Assembly (NCBI GenBank): GCA_046484135.1
Contig: JAWOBU010000254.1
Location: 1 to 12,485, forward strand
Source of the DNA: a bacterium
GTDB lineage: Bacteria; RBG-13-61-14; DATKZS01
Direction of reading: 5' to 3'
Length of the DNA: 12,485 bases
Position 1 is the stretch's first letter. Each line of letters begins with the position of its first letter. Shown here piece by piece: positions 7,026-12,485 of this stretch. A program made the translations under genes and the position numbers. Under the pieces are notes generated by a model. The model saw only the letters and a program-made list of their open reading frames with translations. It searched no databases and was not told the origin of the DNA.

Positions 7026-8192
7026 TTATTCCATCTTGTTCCCGCAATGGGGGCAGAACTTGGCGCCGGGCTCGATCTCGTTATTACACTTCGGACAGGT
7101 CGGCTTGGCTTCCAGGTTCCGGCCGCAGTTGGGGCAGAACTTGAAGCCCGCCTGTACTTCGTTCCCGCAGTCTGGACATGCACTGGCCTGTGGCATTTGG
7201 CCGCCGCAGTTGGGACAAAACTTGAAGCCGGGCTGGACCTGTGCCTGGCAGGACGGGCATGCCTGTGCCTGGCCCTGCTGTCCGGCTGCTCCCTGTCCGG
7301 CCGCTTGTCCTGCCTGCTGTCCCGCCTGCTTCATGGACTGGCCCATAATGCCCGGCATCATGAAGCCGAGACCGGCGCCCACTCCCATGCCCATGCCCGC
7401 GGAAGCCGCGCTTCCCTCGCCGCCTTCTCCGCCTCCGCGGGCGGCGTCGCGCATGCTTTTGGCCGCCTGGAACTGGGTGAACTTGCCGAGGTCTCCCACC
7501 GCGCCCATGCCGGAGCGCTCGTCTATCATCTTCTGGACCTCTTCCGGGGGAGTGATGGACTGGACGAAGAAGTCTATCATCTCGAGCCCGTACTTGGTAA
7601 AGTCGTCCGCGACCCTTGACTTCAAGGCCACCCCCAACTCGTCGTAGAGCGCGGGCAGGTCGAAGATGGTCTTGAGCTGCTCACCCAAGAGGTCGTTAAG
7701 CCGTGCCACCACCACGTCGCGCAGATAGGAGTCAATCTCGGAGGTGCTGTACTTTCCCTGGGTCCCTACCAGGGTGTTCACGAACAACTGGGGCTCGACC
7801 ACCCGCATGGTGTAGTTCCCGAACGCCCGGAGCCGGACCAGGCCCAGCTCGGCGTCCCGGAAAGCCACCGGCTCCCGGGTGCCCCACCTCAGGTTGGTGA
7901 AGACCTTCATGTTCACGAAGATGACCTCGACCCGGAAGGGAGAGTCGGGACCGAAGCCGGTCAGCCGGGTCAAGAGCTTGGTGAGAAGGGGGATGTTCTG
8001 GGTGGAAAGGGTGTGCCTGCCCGGACCCATGACGTCCAAAGCCTTGCCGTCCCGGAAGAACACGGCCTGCTGGTTTTCCCGGACCACGAGCTGACTGCCG
8101 TACTTGGTCTCCGCAGACCCCTGTTCGGGGATGCGGCGGACCATCTCCTCGCCGGTTTCGTCAAAATACTCGATGATGTCCAATACAGCCAT
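7026..8192 (-). CDS. SPFH (band 7) domain protein with C-terminal double zinc ribbons (YdjI-like)
   Basis: 388 aa with AAGGAG RBS. SPFH/YdjI-type motifs GSQLVVRENQQAVFFRDGK, GPGRHTLSTQNIP, SPFRVEVIFVN, WGTREPVAFRD, LRAFGNYTMRV; Gly/Ala/Met-rich GMGMGVGAGLG; Gln/Ala linker; three CxxC-x10-FCxxCG units. Confidence 0.9.
   Translation of the reverse strand: MAVLDIIEYFDETGEEMVRRIPEQGSAETKYGSQLVVRENQQAVFFRDGKALDVMGPGRHTLSTQNIPLLTKLLTRLTGFGPDSPFRVEVIFVNMKVFTNLRWGTREPVAFRDAELGLVRLRAFGNYTMRVVEPQLFVNTLVGTQGKYSTSEIDSYLRDVVVARLNDLLGEQLKTIFDLPALYDELGVALKSRVADDFTKYGLEMIDFFVQSITPPEEVQKMIDERSGMGAVGDLGKFTQFQAAKSMRDAARGGGEGGEGSAASAGMGMGVGAGLGFMMPGIMGQSMKQAGQQAGQAAGQGAAGQQGQAQACPSCQAQVQPGFKFCPNCGGQMPQASACPDCGNEVQAGFKFCPNCGRNLEAKPTCPKCNNEIEPGAKFCPHCGNKME
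7041..7262 (-). repeat. Intragenic triplication of the double-zinc-ribbon unit
   Basis: ACPSCQAQVQPGFKFCPNCG / ACPDCGNEVQAGFKFCPNCG / TCPKCNNEIEPGAKFCPHCG. The DNA similarity (ccgcagttggggcagaacttgaagcc-like) recurs at ~81-nt spacing. Confidence 0.85.
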
Positions 8193-8212
8193 CGTGTTCT
8201 CCTTTTCTGGCG

Positions 8213-8244
8213 TCCGGCCCGCAGGCGGGCGGAATCATTTTTTT
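8213..8244. other. Intergenic GC-rich hairpin
   Basis: GCCCG-CAGG-CGGGC stem (8217-8230) with outer TCCG/GGA pairing. The T-run (8238-8244) lies 3' on the + strand, antisense to the genes, so it is not a canonical terminator for this cluster. Confidence 0.4.
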
Positions 8245-8252
8245 CGGTTGCT

Positions 8253-8771
8253 TTACTTTTGCGGTTGCGGAAGATTGCCGGTGGAGTACTGCTCCCTTTC
8301 GCCCAGGGTGCTGTGGAGTCCCTCCACTTTCTCTTCGAACTCGTAAAGAGCGTCCTGCAGTTGGTCATCGGCAAGGGATACGACCTTTTCGACCTCCTGG
8401 TCCAGAACGTCCACGAACTCGAACAGCCTGGTGTCAAAATCTATAAGAGCGGCCAACTGGTTCTCCGCCACTTCTTCCGGGTCGAAGACGCCCCGGTAGC
8501 CCCTCGAGTCGTACTTGATGGTGTCCCGGACCTTCTCGATCTTCCGGGTCGCCCGGTCCAGCTTGTCAAGGTTCTTTAAGCTGCCCCGATCCACCCGCCG
8601 GGCCTTGGCCTTGTCAAGGGCCTTGCGGACCTTGTCCAGCCGCTCGACCAGCTCGTCCCGGATCAGCTTGTCAGCGTCGCGCAAGCCTTCCCGTTGAAGG
8701 TATGTCTTGAGACCCGGCACCCATTTGGAAGCAAAGTCCTGGAGCCGTTTCGGGATCGTAGAATAGGACAT
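8253..8771 (-). CDS. Conserved-looking alpha-helical/coiled-coil hypothetical protein
   Basis: 172 aa with strong GGAGGAGG RBS and host-like codon use. Charged amphipathic helices, with motifs VPGLKTYLQREGLRDADKLIR and IKYDSRGYRGVFD. Confidence 0.8.
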   Translation of the reverse strand: MSYSTIPKRLQDFASKWVPGLKTYLQREGLRDADKLIRDELVERLDKVRKALDKAKARRVDRGSLKNLDKLDRATRKIEKVRDTIKYDSRGYRGVFDPEEVAENQLAALIDFDTRLFEFVDVLDQEVEKVVSLADDQLQDALYEFEEKVEGLHSTLGEREQYSTGNLPQPQK

Positions 8772-8823
8772 TCCTCCTCCTTCTGTTACCTCCCGGCCGC
8801 GGGGAGCCCGGGAGCAAATCCGA

Positions 8824-9483
8824 TCATTCCTCGAAGCCCGGCTTGGTGTAAGTCCCGCCGGACTGCACGTACTTGTAATAGGCCTTCATGTTGGCTGGAA
8901 GACTACTCTTGGTGAGCCGCTTCATGATAAAGTCGGGAATGAAGCTCATGACCTCGACCTTGGTGCCGTAGCGGGCCAGCGTCCGGTTCTCGTCCAGCTT
9001 GTAGAGCTTCCAGAAACCGTCCACCCGCTTCATGTCGTTGTCGTAATTCTCGTCCAGGTGCCACCACAGGTGCCGGTTCTTATCGTCGTAATGATGTCGG
9101 ACCCGGTAATCAATGTCGAACATGGCTATCTCGACGTGGAAGTCCACCCGGTCGCCTTTTTCGGTCCGCTTTACCAGCTCGCACTTTTTAAGGTCGGGCA
9201 GAAACCGGTGCTGCATCTCGGTCTGGCGCACCAGCTTCCACGCCTTGTCAATGGGCTGGTCGAATATCATGGCCGCCCGGATGAAGCGCTTCTGGTCCTC
9301 GCCACCCTCGCTGGTGTCCTGGTCCATAATTACAACCTCGCCCGACTTGACCTTTTTTATCTGCTCCTTGCTAAGCCCCTTCCACGCCTCCGGGTCGTCG
9401 GTCGTGGGGACTGCCTGCACAGAAGCCGTGAAAAATAGAAGCACTGTCGCCGCCAGGAGCGGTTTTACAAAACGTGAAAGCAT
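8824..9483 (-). CDS. Exported START/SRPBCC family protein
   Basis: 219 aa with AAGGAGG RBS. Signal peptide ending in a VQA-type cleavage motif (MLSRFVKPLLAATVLLFFTASVQA). SRPBCC pattern FDQPIDKAWKLV...FLPDLKKCELV...VDGFWKLYKLDENRT...IPDFIMKRL. Confidence 0.78.
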   Translation of the reverse strand: MLSRFVKPLLAATVLLFFTASVQAVPTTDDPEAWKGLSKEQIKKVKSGEVVIMDQDTSEGGEDQKRFIRAAMIFDQPIDKAWKLVRQTEMQHRFLPDLKKCELVKRTEKGDRVDFHVEIAMFDIDYRVRHHYDDKNRHLWWHLDENYDNDMKRVDGFWKLYKLDENRTLARYGTKVEVMSFIPDFIMKRLTKSSLPANMKAYYKYVQSGGTYTKPGFEE

Positions 9484-9566
9484 TTAAAACCTCCTTTTTT
9501 ACTGCCAGTCATGTCAAGACAAGATAATAGCCCATGCCGCTGGAGCAGGCAAGGCTGGGCGGTCTT

Positions 9567-10334
9567 TCAAAGCAGGACGGCGTATAAAAGCAGTTTGATC
9601 TTCAGCCCCGCGTGCAAGGCGACCGCGGCCAGGAAACCCTTTCTCAGGTAGACCTCGCACATGACCCATTGGAAGACGAACGAAGAGGCGAGCGAAAGGT
9701 GAAGGAGTCCGGGCTCGATCCTTCCGGCCAGCTTGAACCGATAGCTCAGGATCAGGAAGTTCATGACCGTAAAAAGGCAGACCACCAGTATGGCCGGCCA
9801 GGGATGGCCCTTGAAGTTGAACCAGCGGAGAAAGTACACGGCGATGGTGAAAAGCCCGAGCCGGGCGATGACCTCCTGGGACAGGGCTGATCCCGCTATC
9901 CAGGCCATTGCCCAGTGCATTGCATCGGGGAACATCTCCGGCACCTGGTTCATGAGCTTTCGGTCGGCCAGGTAGTATGACAGGGGGGTGAGACACAGTC
10001 CGATAACAAGAGCGGCTGGCAGCCAGAACTTGAGGTTGCGGAACTTGCCCAATCCGGGCAGGGACAGCCGGTCCGCATAAAGAAGCCCGACCAGGGAAGA
10101 CAGAAGCGCCGCGGCGAAAAGTATCAGGGCCTGTCCCAGGGCGGCCTTGAAGATTTGCAGGTCGGAGGCGGGTTCCACGGAAACCCGATGGACCAGCTCG
10201 CGGAACTGGTAGAAGAACTTGGGACAGGCCGCGAACATGGTGAGGGCGGATATGACAAATGCTGCCTTGACCCTGGATTTGACCTGGGAAGGGGTCAGGC
10301 GGTACAGGCTGTTCAAGGTCTTCTCGAAAGGCAT
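9567..10334 (-). CDS. Multi-pass membrane protein, CPBP/Abi (CAAX protease-like) family, degenerate motifs
   Basis: 255 aa with about 7-8 hydrophobic segments. SQEVIARLGLF, FTVMN and KGFLAAVALHAGLK sit where the CPBP motifs EExxxR, FxxxH and HxxxN/D are expected. Confidence 0.6.
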   Translation of the reverse strand: MPFEKTLNSLYRLTPSQVKSRVKAAFVISALTMFAACPKFFYQFRELVHRVSVEPASDLQIFKAALGQALILFAAALLSSLVGLLYADRLSLPGLGKFRNLKFWLPAALVIGLCLTPLSYYLADRKLMNQVPEMFPDAMHWAMAWIAGSALSQEVIARLGLFTIAVYFLRWFNFKGHPWPAILVVCLFTVMNFLILSYRFKLAGRIEPGLLHLSLASSFVFQWVMCEVYLRKGFLAAVALHAGLKIKLLLYAVLL

Positions 10335-10366
10335 AACGTTTATTGCACTCTGTAAATTATGACAGG

Positions 10367-10435
10367 TGAGAGCTTATGATGGGCGAGCGACGAAAGTCGC
10401 GATTTCCGCCGCTCGCATATCATAAGTCATTCTCA
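10367..10435. repeat. Long imperfect inverted repeat containing a REP-like hairpin
   Basis: TGAGA/TCTCA, CTTATGAT (10373-10380)/ATCATAAG (10419-10426), GCGAGCG (10383-10389)/CGCTCGC (10410-10416), plus internal GCGAC-GAAA-GTCGC. Confidence 0.65.
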
Positions 10436-10470
10436 GCTTGACAAAGCCTGTAAAAAGGACGCCGAGAGCT

Positions 10471-11649
10471 TCAGAGCATCTCCCAGATGGACGCGGCGCC
10501 CATTCCTCCTCCCACGCACAGGGAGGCCAGCCCGAGGGTATTTCCCCTCTTTTTCATCTCGTGGATGAGGGACACGATGATCCGGGCGCCGGTGCATCCC
10601 ACCGGGTGGCCGAGTGCGATCCCGGAGCCGTTCACGTTGGTTATGTCGCGGTTCAGTCCGAGGAGTTTCTCGCAGGCCAGGTACTGGGCGGCAAAGGCCT
10701 CGTTGAGCTCGATGAGCTCCATGTCTGCGAGGCTCATGCCGGTTTTTTCCATGGCCTTGTTGGTTGCCGGCACCGGCCCGTACCCCATGAGCTCGGGCTC
10801 GACACCCGCTATTCCGTAGCCCCGGAGCTTTGCCAGGGGCTCGATTCCCATGTCCTTGGCCTTGTCCGCGCTCATGAGAACTACGGCTGCCGCGGCGTCG
10901 TTTATGCCTGAGGCATTGGCCGCGGTTACTGTGCCGTCCTTTTTAAAGGTTGGCTTCAGCTTGGACACCTGTTCCATGGTGAGGCCGTAGCGCAGGTGCT
11001 CGTCAGTGTCGAAGACCAGGGGATCTCCCTTCTTCTGCGGAATCTCGACCGGCATTATCTCCTCTTTGAACCTGCCCTCTTTTATGGCCGCCTCCGCGTT
11101 GTTGTGGCTCCGGACCGCGACCTCGTCCTGCTCCTCCCTGCTGATGCCGTACTTCTCCGCCAGGTTCTCTGCGGTCAGGCCCATGATAAGACCGCTCCAG
11201 AGGTCGGTAAGGCCGTCCCACACCCCGTCCGACATGGTCCCGTGCTGAAGCCGTTTTCCCCACCTCGCCTCGTTCAAGCAGTAAGGGACACGGCTCATGA
11301 CCTCGACGCCGCCCGCTACCATTACGTCCTCGTCACCCAGCATGATCTGCTGAGCCGCGTAGATCACCGCCTGCATGCCGGACGCGCAGTTGCGCTGGAT
11401 GGTCACGCCCGGTACCGATATGGGGCAGCCCGCCTTCAAGCCGGCAAGCCGGCCGGTAACAAGCTCGTCCGTGCGCTGCATGCACTGGCCCACCACAACG
11501 TCGGCCACCAGCTCAGGAGCAACACCCGCCCGGGAGAGAGACTCCTTGATTATAAGTCCCATCAGGTCCGGCGCCGGGTAATCCATCAAACTCCCCCCGA
11601 ACTTCCCAACTGCAGTACGGGCCCCTGATACCAACACCACTTCTTTCAT
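10471..11649 (-). CDS. Thiolase (acetyl-CoA C-acetyltransferase/acyltransferase)
   Basis: Start set at ATG 11649 ([21 protein letters not shown]) with GGAGGTG RBS at 11656-11662. Catalytic motifs NCASG, NEAFAA, GHPVG and LCVGGGMG, plus [15 protein letters not shown]. Confidence 0.95.
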   Translation of the reverse strand: MKEVVLVSGARTAVGKFGGSLMDYPAPDLMGLIIKESLSRAGVAPELVADVVVGQCMQRTDELVTGRLAGLKAGCPISVPGVTIQRNCASGMQAVIYAAQQIMLGDEDVMVAGGVEVMSRVPYCLNEARWGKRLQHGTMSDGVWDGLTDLWSGLIMGLTAENLAEKYGISREEQDEVAVRSHNNAEAAIKEGRFKEEIMPVEIPQKKGDPLVFDTDEHLRYGLTMEQVSKLKPTFKKDGTVTAANASGINDAAAAVVLMSADKAKDMGIEPLAKLRGYGIAGVEPELMGYGPVPATNKAMEKTGMSLADMELIELNEAFAAQYLACEKLLGLNRDITNVNGSGIALGHPVGCTGARIIVSLIHEMKKRGNTLGLASLCVGGGMGAASIWEML

Positions 11650-11683
11650 AAAAAACACCTCCGAAAAAGTTGTCGAAACGGAT

Positions 11684-11712
11684 AAAATATCACGGATTGG
11701 CGCGGTTGTAAA
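11684..11712 (-). promoter_or_regulatory. Putative sigma70 promoter of the thiolase gene
   Basis: Minus strand TTTACA (11707-11712), 17-nt spacer ending in TGn, then TATTTT (11684-11689), about 35 nt upstream of the start codon. Confidence 0.45.
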
Positions 11713-11812
11713 AGTAGGCAGCTTGCAAAGCTGGAAGCTGAAAAAGCTCCAAGCCGTTCCTTTAACCCTCCGTAAGGATCACTTTGTCCCGGCAAGACCG
11801 CTTCTTTCCTTA

Positions 11813-11841
11813 TTGACAAACTCTTTTCCGATACCCATACT
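11813..11841 (+). promoter_or_regulatory. Putative sigma70 promoter of copZ
   Basis: Perfect -35 TTGACA (11813-11818), 17-nt spacer, -10 CATACT (11836-11841). RBS AAGGAG at 11867-11872. Confidence 0.65.
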
Positions 11842-11846
11842 AAAAA

Positions 11847-11862
11847 TACCAGTAAACAGGTA
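11847..11862 (+). promoter_or_regulatory. CsoR-like operator candidate
   Basis: TACC-AGTAAACA-GGTA palindrome overlapping the predicted transcription start of a copper chaperone gene. Confidence 0.45.
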
Positions 11863-11879
11863 GAGAAAGGAGATAAAAA

Positions 11880-12086
11880 ATGAACCGGAAAACCGTGAAA
11901 GTACCTAATATCACTTGTAATCATTGCGTTATGACCATAAAGAACGAGCTGTCCGAGCTTTCGGGGGTGAAGTCGGTCGAGGGAGACCCGGAGAGCAAGA
12001 TGATCACGGTGGAATGGGACGACTCCATAGATTGGGACAGCATCTCCGAGACGTTGAAAGAGATAAACTATCCAGCCGAGGAGTAG
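11880..12086 (+). CDS. copZ: Heavy-metal-associated (HMA) domain copper chaperone, CopZ-like
   Basis: 68 aa with the metal-binding loop VPNITCNHC and the HMA-fold pattern ...ELSGVKSVEGD...ITVEWD...LKEINY. Good RBS and promoter. Confidence 0.85.
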   Translation: MNRKTVKVPNITCNHCVMTIKNELSELSGVKSVEGDPESKMITVEWDDSIDWDSISETLKEINYPAEE

Positions 12087-12113
12087 GTCCTTGGAGTTTG
12101 CGCAATGGTTTTT

Positions 12114-12133
12114 TCGCGACTAAAGTCGCTCGC
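12114..12133. repeat. REP-like hairpin, second copy (possible copZ 3' structure)
   Basis: TCGCGACTAAAGTCGCTCGC. Its reverse complement matches 10383-10402 at 17/20, with all differences in the loop. Confidence 0.65.
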
Positions 12134-12426
12134 ACTTGTTACATTATTTGGGGGCTCGCAAGAATCTGTGGGTGGAATACAAGCTGTTGTTTCCCTGCAT
12201 CCTTGGATTTTTTTAGGCATTACTCCGGTGGCCCAAATATATCCCCCATTCTTTCAAAGGCCCTGACACATAAATTTGGTTCATCCGGTTTATTGGTACC
12301 TGAACAAAATCATGCGTTTACCGCTTTGTTGGCTGCCAGCGGGGAGGTTGACTCCCTCATGCTCAGCGACTATGGTATTAAAGCCTGTTTAAAAATACCC
12401 TATTGCTGCCGAATAAACTTCAAGCT

Positions 12427-12443
12427 GCCTCTCTGTGAGAGGC
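12427..12443. terminator. Hairpin, possible terminator of a gene entering from the right edge
   Basis: GCCTCTC-TGT-GAGAGGC perfect 7-bp stem about 20 nt after a minus-strand stop at 12463-12465. U-tract is weak. Confidence 0.35.
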
Positions 12444-12462
12444 TTATGAACCGTGTCGGTGG

Positions 12463-12485
12463 TTAGAGGTTGTATTTTTTAACGA
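12463..12485 (-). CDS. Possible 3' end of a gene truncated by the window edge (...VKKYNL*)
   Basis: Only six full sense codons are visible. KKYNL-stop resembles the C-terminus of Fis-type HTH tails of sigma54 activators, and a hairpin follows. Too short to be sure. Confidence 0.25.

Noticed and set aside
7041..7262. Regularly spaced ~30-nt repeats suggesting a CRISPR array
   Set aside because: They are in-frame coding repeats of zinc-ribbon units with synonymous variation. No cas genes are present.
10381..10416. Group II intron domain V resemblance (GCGAC-GAAA-GTCGC)
   Set aside because: It lacks the AGC-triad lower stem with AC bulge, domain VI, and any RT ORF.
11650..11658. GTG start for the thiolase (MFFMKEV...)
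   Set aside because: The GTG is part of the GGAGGTG Shine-Dalgarno. ATG at 11649 is correctly spaced and matches typical thiolase N-termini.
16..11924. Numerous antisense or alternate-frame ORFs in the track (e.g. 242-700, 1171-1608, 2160-2771, 4746-5057, 6912-7619, 7036-7647, 8013-8579, 10438-10911, 10996-11628)
   Set aside because: They are shadow ORFs of well-supported genes, expected in GC-rich DNA, with no motifs or RBS of their own.
11924..12466. 180-aa + strand ORF overlapping copZ
   Set aside because: It overlaps copZ out of frame, has no RBS, runs through the REP-like hairpin, and has an atypical composition.

Overview
GC-rich bacterial chromosomal segment (host genes roughly 55-60% GC by eye). 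Its core is a minus-strand gene cluster: exported START/SRPBCC protein (8824-9483), helical hypothetical protein (8253-8771), SPFH protein with three C-terminal double-zinc-ribbon units (7026-8192), then three tightly coupled paralogous Zn-ribbon proteins (2640-3392, 1449-2639, 805-1452). The cluster resembles the Bacillus pspA-ydjGHI envelope-stress module but has no recognisable PspA. It is split between the SPFH gene and the first Zn-ribbon gene by an AT-rich ~3.5 kb insertion carrying one 1093-aa fused restriction-modification enzyme (Type IIG-like). The insertion has no integrase or transposase. It is bounded by a decayed ~60-bp direct repeat (35-bp core, 32/35 identical) that duplicates the 5' junction of the downstream gene. 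One base difference makes the left copy a Shine-Dalgarno site and the right copy a good sigma70 promoter match pointing at the RM gene. A second START paralogue (86-754, +) converges on the cluster's 3' end. On the right are a CPBP-like membrane protein with degenerate catalytic motifs, a thiolase, a divergent copZ with a CsoR-like operator, and two copies of a REP-like hairpin. All family calls come from motif recognition by eye; no database searches were run.
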